A stretch of 64,000 nt of DNA from Gammaproteobacteria bacterium (lineage in GTDB: Bacteria; Pseudomonadota; Gammaproteobacteria; Chromatiales; Chromatiaceae): assembly GCA_024277555.1 (NCBI GenBank), contig JAJRUY010000320.1:12388-76387 (forward strand), read 5' to 3'. The position numbers and the translations under genes are program-made. The notes beneath the pieces are model-generated. The model made no database searches, was not told the DNA's origin, and saw nothing but the letters and a program-made list of their open reading frames with translations. This document shows positions 11,097 to 21,136 of this stretch, in pieces (position 1 is the stretch's first letter; each line of letters begins with the position of its first letter).

Positions 11097-11639
11097 TTAT
11101 GTGATTTCCAGTGTTTCTATAACGATATTTTCATTGGTATAAATACAGATATTGGCCGCGATGCCCAGTGACTTTTTGACAATTTCTTCAGCAGACATTT
11201 CCGTGCCATCAAGATAGGCCATGGCTGCTGATTGTGCGAAGGGGCCGCCGGAACCGATGGCGATAAGGCCATGCTCCGGTTCGATGACATCACCATTTCC
11301 TGAAATAAGCAGCGAGTTTTTCGTGTCGGCGATGGCCAGCAGGGCCTCAAGGCGCCGCAGCATGCGATCGGTGCGCCAGTCCTTAGCCATTTCCACCGCC
11401 GCGCGAACCAGATTGCCGGAATGTTTCTCGAGTTTGCCTTCAAATCGCTCGAACAGGGTAAATGCGTCTGCGGTAGCGCCGGCAAAGCCTGCGATGACCT
11501 GATCTTTATATAACCGACGCACTTTGCGTGCGTTGGATTTCATCACGGTATTGCCCAGGGTTACCTGGCCGTCGCCACCCATCACCACCTGGTTGCCCCG
11601 GCGTACCGAGCAGATGGTTGTTCCACGATACTGTTCCAC
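11097..11639 (-). CDS. hslV: ATP-dependent protease subunit HslV
   Basis: [31 protein letters not shown] start at 11639 follows an AAGGAG RBS. Confidence 0.97.
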   Translation of the reverse strand: MEQYRGTTICSVRRGNQVVMGGDGQVTLGNTVMKSNARKVRRLYKDQVIAGFAGATADAFTLFERFEGKLEKHSGNLVRAAVEMAKDWRTDRMLRRLEALLAIADTKNSLLISGNGDVIEPEHGLIAIGSGGPFAQSAAMAYLDGTEMSAEEIVKKSLGIAANICIYTNENIVIETLEIT

Positions 11640-11668
11640 GCGTTTCTCCTTCTGAATGCGTGCAACAA

Positions 11669-11697
11669 ACGTGGGGTTTTCAGCAAACGATTGCAAG
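11669..11697 (-). promoter_or_regulatory. Sigma32 (RpoH)-type promoter of hslVU
   Basis: Minus strand reads CTTGCAA-N14-CCCCACGT, close to the RpoH consensus CTTGAAA-N13/14-CCCCATNT, about 30 nt upstream of the hslV start. Confidence 0.75.
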
Positions 11698-11751
11698 CAT
11701 CACACAAACCATAGATAGTTCCACGCGTGGGCATCTGTGAAAGGAGATCTT

Positions 11752-12276
11752 GTGGACATAGTGATTGAAGCAGTATGGGCCTTAGCGTTAGTGGGCGTAC
11801 CGATCGCACTGTTTACACTCGCAATCGTCTGGTGGGGCATGCGCAATGGCCATTTCCCCAATGTGAATAACAGCAAGGAACTCCATCGCGAACTGAAAGT
11901 GATGACCGGCAAGAACAAAGACCCTGAAGGCAGGAAACAGGGCTTGATCTATAAAAAATGGGCAAAATTTGGTGGCGGTTTTTATGGGATTGTGGCTTTT
12001 TTTACCTATATTGTCGTGGAAGTGACTGAAATCGCCACCATGATCATAAATTTTGGTGGCTTTTGGGTTTTTATAAAGCAATTCGATATTGGCGTCATTA
12101 TCAGCATATTCGTTGAAGCACTGGTCAACTTTATTGCCGCTATTGTGTGGCCGTTGTACTGGATGAAGCGAATCGATACCGAGCAAACCTGGGTGTGGTT
12201 TGTGGCCGCTTATGCAGGTTATTCGCTTGGCCTCAGGTTGGCTCAGTTGCTGAACCAGCGCCGTTCGCAGATCTGA
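11752..12276 (+). CDS. Hypothetical integral membrane protein
   Basis: Several hydrophobic segments; AAGGAG RBS before GTG at 11752; lies on the opposite strand between xerC and hslV. Confidence 0.75.
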   Translation: MDIVIEAVWALALVGVPIALFTLAIVWWGMRNGHFPNVNNSKELHRELKVMTGKNKDPEGRKQGLIYKKWAKFGGGFYGIVAFFTYIVVEVTEIATMIINFGGFWVFIKQFDIGVIISIFVEALVNFIAAIVWPLYWMKRIDTEQTWVWFVAAYAGYSLGLRLAQLLNQRRSQI

Positions 12277-12365
12277 GCCTGGCACGTTCTGGTTGGTTTT
12301 GATGCCATGTATTCCTCTGAAGTATGCCCCCCACTAGCACAAACTAACCCTTACAACCCCTCGCG

Positions 12366-13253
12366 CTATTTCTTCTTCGCCCGCGGATGCGCCTTGTCAT
12401 AGACTTTAGCAAGGTGCTGAAAGTCGAGGTGGGTATAAATCTGAGTGGTGGAAATATCAGCATGGCCGAGCAGTTCCTGGACACTTCTCAGGTCACCGGA
12501 TGATTCCAGCATGTGACTGGCGAAACTGTGTCTGAGCAGGTGGGGGTAGACATTTTGCGGCATACCCTGGCGTTTGGCCCAATAGCGTATACGTGACTGG
12601 ATGGTGCGTGGCGAGATCGGGTTGCCACGCTGGCTGACGAACACATGGGGTTCCTCAAAACTGGCGTACTGCCCACGTACCTTACGCCACTCGAGTAGCG
12701 CCTCCGCGGCGATGCGACCGACCGGCACCATGCGACTGCGGTTGCCTTTACCGGTAACGGTCACCATGCCCGATGGCAGGTCTATCTGTTCCCAGCGCAG
12801 GTCAGTCAGTTCTGACAGGCGCAAACCGGACGAGTAAAACAATTCCATAATGGCCTTGTCGCGCACTGCCAGCGGTTTGTCGGTAGGTATGTCCAGCAGT
12901 TGGCCGACGGTGTCGGCGTCAAGTGTTGCTGGCAAGTGTCGGGGGCTTTTGGGGGCTCTGACCGCTTTTGCCGGGTTGTGCCGGGCGATGCCCTCGCGGA
13001 GCATCCAACGGAAGAAACTGCGTAAAGCCGATAGCAAGCGTTGCAGCGATTTCCCGCCCAGGCCCTGGCGGTGTTTCTGTGCAATCAGCGCGCGAATATG
13101 GTGCTGGGTCACCTGCTCAGGATTGTCTACTGCCTGTTCCTCAAGAAACGCCAGCAATTCGGCTACATCCCGACGATAGGCTATCAGCGTCCGCGCAGAC
13201 AGGCCCCGCTCATGTTCGAGATAGGCAAAGAAATTTCTGGCGTGGGTGTCCAT
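12366..13253 (-). CDS. xerC: Tyrosine recombinase XerC
   Basis: GLRLSEL, GKG, HLLRHSFASH, LLGHADISTTQIYTH, C-terminal YDKAHPRA; follows dapF-yigA. Confidence 0.95.
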   Translation of the reverse strand: MDTHARNFFAYLEHERGLSARTLIAYRRDVAELLAFLEEQAVDNPEQVTQHHIRALIAQKHRQGLGGKSLQRLLSALRSFFRWMLREGIARHNPAKAVRAPKSPRHLPATLDADTVGQLLDIPTDKPLAVRDKAIMELFYSSGLRLSELTDLRWEQIDLPSGMVTVTGKGNRSRMVPVGRIAAEALLEWRKVRGQYASFEEPHVFVSQRGNPISPRTIQSRIRYWAKRQGMPQNVYPHLLRHSFASHMLESSGDLRSVQELLGHADISTTQIYTHLDFQHLAKVYDKAHPRAKKK

Positions 13254-13307
13254 GTCTGACCAGCTTACACCGGCAGTGGTGGAAAATGACCTTTTAACTT
13301 AACCTGA

Positions 13308-14000
13308 TCAGGCTGATTTGCGTTGTTCTGCGGGCTCCTCAAGAGCAAGCCGGCTGGTTACAACAGCAGCCAGAAGGTCGAGGAACAGGGTTCCCATGCC
13401 AGGATAGAAGCGGGCCGGGTCGCTACTGCCGATGGCCAGCAGGCCATCCTCGCCCAGTGGTACCAGTGCCGTTGACTGCACCCATTGCCCGCGTGAAGCG
13501 AACAAGTGATCACGCTTGTTGCGGTTCAGGCGACCACAGACGCTGACACCTTTCTCGAGGTGATCCTGGAATTGTTGCAGTTCAGGGTCGTCGCGCCGGG
13601 TGTGGAAAACAGGCGTCTTTGGGCCGGCCTCAATTTCCAGGTCAAACAGGGTGATATTGAGGATATCAGCGTTGAATTCACTTAACAGGGCTTCACTGAG
13701 GCGGTCAAAAAATGCTGGTAAATCCCGCATTGCCATCAATTCCAGCGTTAAAACATGCAATCTGGACATCAGTTTTTCATTGTCTGTGGCAACTTGTATA
13801 AGCTGGCTCAGGCGCTGTTCCAGGACTTCGTTTTCACTGCGCAGGTATTGCACCTGTTTTTCAATCAGGGAAACTGCCGGACCGCTGGAGTGGCTTAGCT
13901 CAATATCCTTTAACAACGCGGGCTCGCGCTCCAGAAAATCAGGGTTTTGGCGTAGAAATTTCGTTACGATTTCTTCCATTGACCTGGTGGTGTCGCTCAT
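13308..14000 (-). CDS. DUF484 family protein (YigA-like)
   Basis: AVSLIEKQ and LLAIGSSDPARFYPGMGTLFL motifs; between dapF and xerC. Confidence 0.9.
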   Translation of the reverse strand: MSDTTRSMEEIVTKFLRQNPDFLEREPALLKDIELSHSSGPAVSLIEKQVQYLRSENEVLEQRLSQLIQVATDNEKLMSRLHVLTLELMAMRDLPAFFDRLSEALLSEFNADILNITLFDLEIEAGPKTPVFHTRRDDPELQQFQDHLEKGVSVCGRLNRNKRDHLFASRGQWVQSTALVPLGEDGLLAIGSSDPARFYPGMGTLFLDLLAAVVTSRLALEEPAEQRKSA

Positions 14001-14824
14001 ATCAAATTCCCTTCGAATACGTGTGTAGCTGGCCCTGTCATAATGACGGGATCATTCCCCCCCGTCCATTCTATTATAAGGATTCCCCCCGCCTGGGTCA
14101 CCTGCACTGTTTTTTCGACCAATTCCGCCCTGCGCAAAATGCTCATGGCCGCACACGCGCCAGAGCCGCAGGCCCGGGTTTCAGCGGCCCCGCGTTCAAA
14201 TACCCTGAGCTGTATATTGCTGCGATCCGTGATCTCTGCAAAGCCGGCGTTACAACCTTCCGGAAAGGCGCGGTGGTGGCTGATAGCGCGGCCCAGCACT
14301 TCTACATCAGTATTGGCAACATCCTCTACGATCATCAACGCATGCGGGTTGCCCATTGAGGCCGCACCCAGTCGATACTGTTCCGGACCCACAGCCAGTG
14401 TGTACCAGCCAGCCGATGGTCGCAGGTTGACAGGGATGCTTTCCGGCTCGAATAGCGGCGTGCCCATTTCCACCTGGACCTGCCCGTCAGGCAGGCAGTT
14501 TACCCCGACTTCTCCGCTTGGACCGCCGAGGATAAATGCATGCCCGCGGGTTTCTGCGCGCATTTCTAGGTAGCGGCCGATACAACGCACACCATTGCCA
14601 CACTGCTCTGCCTGGCTGCCATCTGAATTCCATATCTCGAAAGACGCCAGTTGCTGCTCAGTCGTTGCTTCGCGTAAAACAAGCACCTGGTCACAGCCGA
14701 TACCGGTATGCCGTGCGGCGAGTTGGCGGGCGACCCCGGGGTCAAGCTGGAAATTTTGGGTGCGTAAGTCCAGCAATAAAAAGTCATTGCCCAGACCATG
14801 CATTTTATGAAATGTGACAGACAT
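13997..14824 (-). CDS. dapF: Diaminopimelate epimerase
   Basis: KMHGLGNDF, EQCGNGVRC, MGNPH, ERGAAETRACGSGAC. Confidence 0.96.
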   Translation of the reverse strand: MSVTFHKMHGLGNDFLLLDLRTQNFQLDPGVARQLAARHTGIGCDQVLVLREATTEQQLASFEIWNSDGSQAEQCGNGVRCIGRYLEMRAETRGHAFILGGPSGEVGVNCLPDGQVQVEMGTPLFEPESIPVNLRPSAGWYTLAVGPEQYRLGAASMGNPHALMIVEDVANTDVEVLGRAISHHRAFPEGCNAGFAEITDRSNIQLRVFERGAAETRACGSGACAAMSILRRAELVEKTVQVTQAGGILIIEWTGGNDPVIMTGPATHVFEGNLI

Positions 14825-14843
14825 TTTTGCTCAGCCTGAAAGG

Positions 14844-15053
14844 TCAGCTGCCGCTGCTGTCTTCTTTGTCACTGCCTGCCTGTTTGTCACTGTCTTCCTG
14901 TTCCTGCTGCTGGTTTTGTGCTTCGGTGGCTTGTGGTGTGCCTTCTTCGGGCGTGGTGGCTTCGTCGGGAAGGTACAACGGGCCCCGGAGCCCACAGGCA
15001 GCGAGCAGGCAGCTGAACAAGAGTGCCAGCAATATGAATTTAACAGTGTGCAT
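14844..15053 (-). CDS. lptM: Small lipoprotein LptM (YifL/LppL family)
   Basis: 69 aa from ATG 15053; signal peptide, then LAAC-GLRGPLYLP and an acidic tail; upstream of dapF. Confidence 0.85.
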   Translation of the reverse strand: MHTVKFILLALLFSCLLAACGLRGPLYLPDEATTPEEGTPQATEAQNQQQEQEDSDKQAGSDKEDSSGS

Positions 15054-15093
15054 AAGTGTTACCAAACCCTGATTGACTGCTACACTATACGCC

Positions 15094-15807
15094 ATGAATA
15101 ACAGCAAATCAGCAGATAGCACGGAACAGGAATCTGACGGTGTAAAACTGCTTGAAACAGTTGAAGTCACAACCGCTGACAGCCCGGAGTTTGCCGTAAT
15201 ATGGATGCATGGCCTCGGTGCTGACGGCCATGATTTTGAACCCATCATCCCGTTTCTTGGCTTGCCGCCCGAAGCTGCGGTGCGTTTTGTTTTTCCGCAC
15301 GCGCTGATGCGGCCCATTACGATTAATGGTGGGGCGGTGATGCGCGCCTGGTACGACATTATTGAGATCAGTGCCAGTAAAGGCCAGGATGAGGCTGGCA
15401 TTCAACACAGTGCGGTCAAGGTTCAAGAGTTGATTGAGCGTGAGATAGCACGGGGTATCCCGGCTGAAAAAATCATCCTCGCCGGCTTTTCCCAGGGTGG
15501 GGCGATGGCCCTGCATGTCGGCCTGCGCTTCCCGAAGAAGCTGGCGGGCATCATGGCTCTGTCTGCTTACCTGGTGTTTCCTGAGCGTTTGGACGCTGAG
15601 CTTTCACCGCAGAATTCTGCCACGCCGGTTTTCATTGGCCATGGAACGCAGGATCCGATGGTGCCCTTCTCGCTGGGGCAGGCTGTGAAGGCGGAGCTTG
15701 AAAAAGGTCAGTGGCCTGTCGAATGGCACAGCTATCCAATTCCACATTCGGTATCTCAGGCGGAGATCGCAGATATCGGGCGCTGGCTGAAAACCTGTTT
15801 TATTTGA
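15094..15807 (+). CDS. Phospholipase/carboxylesterase (alpha/beta hydrolase)
   Basis: WMHGLGADGHDF, MRAWYDI, GFSQGG, HGTQDPMVP. Probable ATG at 15094. Confidence 0.92.
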   Translation: MNNSKSADSTEQESDGVKLLETVEVTTADSPEFAVIWMHGLGADGHDFEPIIPFLGLPPEAAVRFVFPHALMRPITINGGAVMRAWYDIIEISASKGQDEAGIQHSAVKVQELIEREIARGIPAEKIILAGFSQGGAMALHVGLRFPKKLAGIMALSAYLVFPERLDAELSPQNSATPVFIGHGTQDPMVPFSLGQAVKAELEKGQWPVEWHSYPIPHSVSQAEIADIGRWLKTCFI

Positions 15808-15824
15808 TTGAATGGTAACCCTGC

Positions 15825-16745
15825 ATGAGCACAAAAATGATAAAAATCGCAACACGTAAAAGCGCGCTGGCCTTGTGGCAGGCCAACCATGTGCAAGCAC
15901 TTTTGCATGAAGCCCATTCCGGGATTGAAATTGAGCTGGTAAAAATTGTCACTGAAGGTGATCGCATTGTCGACCGGCCACTTTCGCAAATAGGCGGCAA
16001 GGGCCTGTTCCTGAAAGAGTTGGAGCGCGCCTTGCTCAACGGCGAGGCCGATCTGGCTGTACATTCGATGAAGGATGTGCCGGCGGATATGGCGGACGGT
16101 CTGGTGCTGGAGGCAGTACTGCCAAGGGCCAACCCGTATGATGCGCTGGTCAGCCGTGATGGCAGAAAGCTGGCAGAGTTGCCTGCAGGTAGCCGTATAG
16201 GCACCTCCAGCCTGCGCCGCCAGTCATTGTTATTGGCATTGCGCCCGGATCTGGTCGTGGTTGATTTGCGTGGCAACGTGGATACCCGCCTGAGAAAGCT
16301 GGATGAGGGCCAATACGATGCAATTATTCTGGCCTGTGCCGGCTTGCAACGTTTGGGTCTTGGCGACCGGATTACCGAAACGCTGGATTCAACCGGCTGG
16401 CTGCCAGCTTCAACCCAGGGGATTATTGGTTTGCAGTGCCGTGAAGCTGATGCTGAAACAAAAAGCCTGATCAGGCCGTTGGCCGATCAGGGTACAGCCG
16501 TTGTTGCTGATGCTGAGAGAACCGTGGCGCGGGTTCTGGAAGCAACCTGTCAGGTGCCCCTGGCGGTGCATGGCGTGTTGGTGGGAGAAACCATCCAACT
16601 CGAGGCGGTCGTGGCGACGCCGGACGGCAAAGAAATTGTCAAGGTGTCAGGTGAAGCCGATGCGGCCGATGCGGTTGCGCTCGGTGAGCGGCTGGCAGCC
16701 GAACTTCTGGAAAAAGGCGCCGGGAAAATTATCGCGGCATTATAG
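15825..16745 (+). CDS. hemC: Hydroxymethylbilane synthase
   Basis: ATRKSALALWQA, GGKGLFLKELE, VHSMKDVP, GTSSLRR, LRGNVDTRL. Confidence 0.97.
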   Translation: MSTKMIKIATRKSALALWQANHVQALLHEAHSGIEIELVKIVTEGDRIVDRPLSQIGGKGLFLKELERALLNGEADLAVHSMKDVPADMADGLVLEAVLPRANPYDALVSRDGRKLAELPAGSRIGTSSLRRQSLLLALRPDLVVVDLRGNVDTRLRKLDEGQYDAIILACAGLQRLGLGDRITETLDSTGWLPASTQGIIGLQCREADAETKSLIRPLADQGTAVVADAERTVARVLEATCQVPLAVHGVLVGETIQLEAVVATPDGKEIVKVSGEADAADAVALGERLAAELLEKGAGKIIAAL

Positions 16746-16802
16746 CGGGACCGCGCGGGGCTGCTATTGAGCGGAGAAATACGACATTCGTATTCAACAC
16801 AG

Positions 16803-17564
16803 ATGACCAGTGTACTGATAACCCGCCCCCGGGCAGCGGCCCTGCAACTTGCAGGGCCGCTTGGCCAGCTTGGCCTGCAGCCCATTGTAATGCCCCTGTA
16901 TACATTCTCTCCACGGCAACCAGAAATCGACATCAGCACGGCCCTGGTCTCGGGCAACAGGCGGACTATCGTCATTTTCACCAGTCCGAGAGCGGTTCGG
17001 TTCGGGCTTGAACACATTCCGACAGACCTTTTGAGCAGCCTCGAGTTCGCAGCTGTTGGCGCAGCAACCCGTGCCCGTCTTGAAGCCAGCAACCTTCAGG
17101 TTACACTTCAGGCTGACTCCGGATTTACTTCTGAAGACCTTTTGCAGGTGCCGGCGTTGGCTGTGGATCCTGGCCTGGCAGTTATTTTCTGCGCGCCTGG
17201 TGGCCGCAGGAAGCTGGCCGCGGGGTTGCAGGAGTTGGGCTGGTCAGTGTCGATGGCCATGGTGTATGAACGCCAGCCGCTGAAACCTTCGCAACAGCAG
17301 GTGGATGAGTTGCTGGCAGCTGGCGACCTGGTCAGTGTCTGGACCAGCATCTCGGCATTTGACCTGGCCAGGGAGTTGTTGCCGGCGGCGGCCTGGGACA
17401 AAATTCTGCATACACCGGCACTGGTGATTTCTGCCCGCATAAAGCATCATTTACAGCAAGCAGGTGTGGCCCGGGTTGAAGTGGCCGGGGGGCCGGGAAA
17501 TAAGGATTTGCTCAGGTCACTGCAAACGCGATTGATCAAAACAGGACAGCAAGCCATTGAATGA
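16803..17564 (+). CDS. hemD: Uroporphyrinogen-III synthase
   Basis: VLITRP, IFTSPRAV, AVGAAT, SEDLL, VYER; follows hemC. Probable ATG at 16803. Confidence 0.88.
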   Translation: MTSVLITRPRAAALQLAGPLGQLGLQPIVMPLYTFSPRQPEIDISTALVSGNRRTIVIFTSPRAVRFGLEHIPTDLLSSLEFAAVGAATRARLEASNLQVTLQADSGFTSEDLLQVPALAVDPGLAVIFCAPGGRRKLAAGLQELGWSVSMAMVYERQPLKPSQQQVDELLAAGDLVSVWTSISAFDLARELLPAAAWDKILHTPALVISARIKHHLQQAGVARVEVAGGPGNKDLLRSLQTRLIKTGQQAIE

Positions 17565-18741
17565 AGAAATTGAAGATACCGTAACCGACCCGGTGGACAA
17601 GTTACTGCAAGAGAAAAAACCCGCCTCAACAGGTAGAGGACTGGCTGTATTGGCATTGCTGTTGGCCTTGATAGCGGCCGCAGCTACGGGTTGGTTGTGG
17701 TGGCAGAAGTACTCCACGGCTGATGATGGCGCAACGCAACAGGACACGCTGGCTGCGCTGCAAGTGCAACAGGAAGGGCTGGTTCGATCAGTGGCATCCC
17801 TTGAATCTCAACTTGACGCTGTGGAGTCGCCGGTGGGTGCGGGTGAGTTTGCCAGGCTTGGTGAGCGACTTGCTGTCGTTGAGCGCAAGATAGTTGCTTT
17901 GCAGGGACAGTCGAGTGAGGATCAGGCTTCGGTATCAGCGGTTCAGGGCAGCGTGCGTTCCATAGCCCAGCGCCTGTCGACGGTTGAATCCGGCCTTACC
18001 AGCGTTGCGGCGAAGAGCCAGAACAGCAGTGTCGAGCTTGAAATAGCAGAGATTGATTTTCTGTTACGTGCTGCCAATGAACGCTTGCAGTTATTTTCTG
18101 ATCCACAGGCAGCCGATCTCGCGCTGCAGGCCGCAGATGTACAGCTTGAAGCATTGAATGATCCGTTGTTCCTGAGTGTTCACCAGCGCATTACCGCTGC
18201 CCACCAGGCATTGGCCAGCGTGCCGCACATAGACCGGGTTCAGCTTTCGGCCCGGTTTACAGAAATGCAAAGCAGTATCCCGAAGCTGCCTTTTCGAGGT
18301 GAAGATGAGGTTGCCCCGGAGCCTGAAGCGCCAGTAGACAGCGGTTGGTGGGACAGCCTGACCGATACCCTGTCATCGCTGGTTACTATCCGGCGGCGCG
18401 CCCCGGAGGACGAATCGTTGCTGAGCCTTGAGGACAAAGACTACCTGCGCCAGGGCTTATGGCTGCAGCTTGAATCCGCGCGCCTCGCACTGATGCGCAA
18501 CGATGCCGGTGTTTATGTTTCATCTTTGCAGCGGGTCGACAGCACGCTGGTGCAGTTTTTTGAGAATGAGACGCCTGCGGTAAGATCCTTGATGCGTGAG
18601 GTCGCATCCATGAAGCAAACTGAGATAGCCCCTGAGATGCCGGACATCAGCGCACCCTGGACACAACTTCGACAACTGAGGGATAGCCGCAGGTTGCTGC
18701 AGGCTGTGCCGGCTACAGAAAACACTGAGGCTGCCGAATGA
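17557..18741 (+). CDS. hemX: HemX family membrane protein
   Basis: N-terminal TM segment, coiled coil, EIDFLLRAANERLQL, LQLESARLAL; hemCDXY order. Confidence 0.88.
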   Translation: MNEEIEDTVTDPVDKLLQEKKPASTGRGLAVLALLLALIAAAATGWLWWQKYSTADDGATQQDTLAALQVQQEGLVRSVASLESQLDAVESPVGAGEFARLGERLAVVERKIVALQGQSSEDQASVSAVQGSVRSIAQRLSTVESGLTSVAAKSQNSSVELEIAEIDFLLRAANERLQLFSDPQAADLALQAADVQLEALNDPLFLSVHQRITAAHQALASVPHIDRVQLSARFTEMQSSIPKLPFRGEDEVAPEPEAPVDSGWWDSLTDTLSSLVTIRRRAPEDESLLSLEDKDYLRQGLWLQLESARLALMRNDAGVYVSSLQRVDSTLVQFFENETPAVRSLMREVASMKQTEIAPEMPDISAPWTQLRQLRDSRRLLQAVPATENTEAAE

Positions 18742-19946
18742 AACGTGGTTTCCTCATCGTGTTGGTACTGTTGCTGTTGCTGCTGGCCGGTGCATTGGCA
18801 CCGATGTTTAAAAACGACCCGGGGCACGTGCTGATAAATTTTGGCGACTGGACAGTTGAGACCAGTGTGCTGGTACTGGCTGCTGCACTGGCGGTCGTCT
18901 GGTTCAGCGTACAGCTCATTACCTGGCTGTGGCGGATGCCGGTAGAAACCGCCAGAAGAATGCGTGAGCAGCGTGCTTTCAAGCAACTGGAAAAGGGTTT
19001 GCTGGCGTTGACTGAGGGTGATTGGAGCGCTGCTGAGAAAGCGTTGGAGAAATCGGCCAGTGTGCAGGGTAAAACTACGGCCCACTACCTTGCAGCGGCC
19101 CAGGCTGCAGATGGTCAGGACGCCCATGACCGGCGCGAGTACTACCTCGAACAGGCTGATAGCGGGGGTGCTAAAAAGCGCTTCCTGGTTGAGCTGACAC
19201 GTGGACGTATGTTGCTGGAGAATGGTAACTACGCTGCTGCGCTGCCGGTACTTCAGGCGCTGCATAAACGCCGCCGCAAGCACCCGCAGGTGCTGGATTT
19301 ATTACTCCGATGTTACCGCCAGTTGGGTGCCTGGGATGAGTTGCAGGCGATGCTACCGGCTTTGCGCAAGGCCGATGTACTGGACGATGAGCAGGCGTTG
19401 GCGTTGCAGGAAGAAGTGGCCGCTAACAGTTTACGTTCAGCTGGGGACGCGGAGGCACTACAGGCGGCGTGGAAGAAGATTCCGCGGGCAATGCGTCTGC
19501 ATGCAGCGGTCGTTGAGTCCTTTGCAGTCGCCGCGAGTCGCCTTGACCAGCCAGAGCGGGCGGAGCCTGTTATCAGCTCCAGCCTCCGCAATGACTGGAA
19601 TCCGGCGCTGGTTTTGCGTTATGGCGATACCGGTGATGGCGACCGGTCAAAGCGCATGAAGCAGTGTGAAAAGTGGCTCAAGCAATATCCTGAAGATGCC
19701 AGCCTGCACCTCGCACTGGGGCGTCTGTGCGCTGGGGAATCCCTGTGGGGTAAAGCCCGGGAACACTTGATCAAAAGTCTCGAGCTGGAACCCAGCAGCC
19801 TGGGTTACGATGCCCTTGGGCAGTTGCTGGAGCGGCAGGGTGAACTGGAGCCCGCCATGATCTGTTTCCGCAATGCCTTACGTATGAACCAGGGCCAGCC
19901 GCCATTGCCATTGCCAGCGGGTACGGCTCGCATTTCCGGCCCCTGA
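18738..19946 (+). CDS. hemY: HemY_N/TPR membrane protein
   Basis: DPGHVLI..VETS, GLLALTEGDW, LALGRLC..LWGKA; follows hemX. Confidence 0.9.
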   Translation: MKRGFLIVLVLLLLLLAGALAPMFKNDPGHVLINFGDWTVETSVLVLAAALAVVWFSVQLITWLWRMPVETARRMREQRAFKQLEKGLLALTEGDWSAAEKALEKSASVQGKTTAHYLAAAQAADGQDAHDRREYYLEQADSGGAKKRFLVELTRGRMLLENGNYAAALPVLQALHKRRRKHPQVLDLLLRCYRQLGAWDELQAMLPALRKADVLDDEQALALQEEVAANSLRSAGDAEALQAAWKKIPRAMRLHAAVVESFAVAASRLDQPERAEPVISSSLRNDWNPALVLRYGDTGDGDRSKRMKQCEKWLKQYPEDASLHLALGRLCAGESLWGKAREHLIKSLELEPSSLGYDALGQLLERQGELEPAMICFRNALRMNQGQPPLPLPAGTARISGP

Positions 19947-19973
19947 CTCTTCTACCAGCTACCTTGTGGAACG

Positions 19974-21023
19974 CTAGTGTGGCTTGGCCAGAACCCTGAC
20001 GGGTACATCCAGACCGAACTCAAACGAATCAAAAAATATCCGTTGCCGGTCAGCGTTGTGCTCTATGAAAGCTGCGCGGCTTGCATCAATCATCGCGGGC
20101 GGGCCGCTCATATAAATATCGAAACCGGATAAGTCCGGGTACTGCTGAAGCACTGCCTGATGTACAAAACCGTGGAAAGTGTCGTCATTGTCACCATCGG
20201 CTGGCTCTGAAAGGGCCGTAGAAAACCGGATATGCTCGTGTTGTTCTGCCCACTGACGCGCTGTTTCGTACAAATACAATTCCGACTGGCTGCGGACGCC
20301 CCAGAACAGGTGAAGTGGCCGCTTATCCTGGTGTGAGAGCAAGTCTTCAAGCATCGATTTCAACGGTGCAAAGCCGGTGCCCCCGCCCATGAAAATCATC
20401 GGTCGGTCGGGTGAGTCATGGCGGACAAAAAAAGTGCCCAGCGGTGCTTCAATGCGCAGAATATTGCGCAGTTCCAGCTCATCGAAGACCCAACCGGTAA
20501 AATCGCCGCCTTCCACATGGCGCACATGCAATTCAATTTCATCTTCCATTTGCGGTGGGCTGGCGATAGAAAAGGCCCTCCGCTTACCGTCCGGTAACAG
20601 TATTTCCAGGTACTGGCCGGCCAGAAACTGCAGTCTCTGCGCGGCCGGTAGTTTCAGCTTTAAGCGCATCACATCGTTAGCCAGCAGTGTTTTATCGATG
20701 ACCCGAACTGGCATTTTACGCACCTGGATGTCGCGTATCGCTGCGATTTCACGGGCTTGTATTACCAGGTCTTCGGTCGGCTCCGCCTGGCACAGCAGTG
20801 CGGCGCCAGCAGCGATTTCTGCCCGGGTCAGTGCCAGTGGCGGGTGGAAAGGGTAGTGCACATCACCAGACTCCAGGTGGCCTTTACAACTGCCACAGGT
20901 GCCGTTCTTGCAACTGTAGGGCAGCATCACCCCCTGGCGCAGGGCGGCAGTCAGCACCGTTTCGCCCTCATTGACGGTAAAGGTCGCACCGCTGCTGGTG
21001 ATCTTGACTTTGTATTGCTTCAT
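19974..21023 (-). CDS. 2Fe-2S ferredoxin / FAD-NAD(P)H reductase (CDP-6-deoxy-delta-3,4-glucoseen reductase-like)
   Basis: CKNGTCGSC...LLC, RAFSIAS, GGTGFAP, SGPPAMI. Confidence 0.88.
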   Translation of the reverse strand: MKQYKVKITSSGATFTVNEGETVLTAALRQGVMLPYSCKNGTCGSCKGHLESGDVHYPFHPPLALTRAEIAAGAALLCQAEPTEDLVIQAREIAAIRDIQVRKMPVRVIDKTLLANDVMRLKLKLPAAQRLQFLAGQYLEILLPDGKRRAFSIASPPQMEDEIELHVRHVEGGDFTGWVFDELELRNILRIEAPLGTFFVRHDSPDRPMIFMGGGTGFAPLKSMLEDLLSHQDKRPLHLFWGVRSQSELYLYETARQWAEQHEHIRFSTALSEPADGDNDDTFHGFVHQAVLQQYPDLSGFDIYMSGPPAMIDASRAAFIEHNADRQRIFFDSFEFGLDVPVRVLAKPH

Positions 21024-21136
21024 AAATTACTGGCTAAAAATGTATGCCTGAACCAAATGGTTGCGTATTGTCGCCCAAAAAGCGACTGGAAACATTGAAA
21101 AATGTGTCGGGTCACCTTTTTGTTCTGTGATAATCT

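Noticed and set aside
11640-11696. N-terminal extension of HslV
   Set aside because: It overlaps the sigma32 promoter; the RBS supports GTG at 11639.
12366-13253. Tyrosine recombinase as the integrase of the accessory region
   Set aside because: Sequence and dapF-yigA context identify housekeeping XerC, about 12.6 kb from the tRNA.
15054-15401. 185-aa version of the LptM ORF
   Set aside because: The extension is antisense to the carboxylesterase; the signal peptide begins at ATG 15053.
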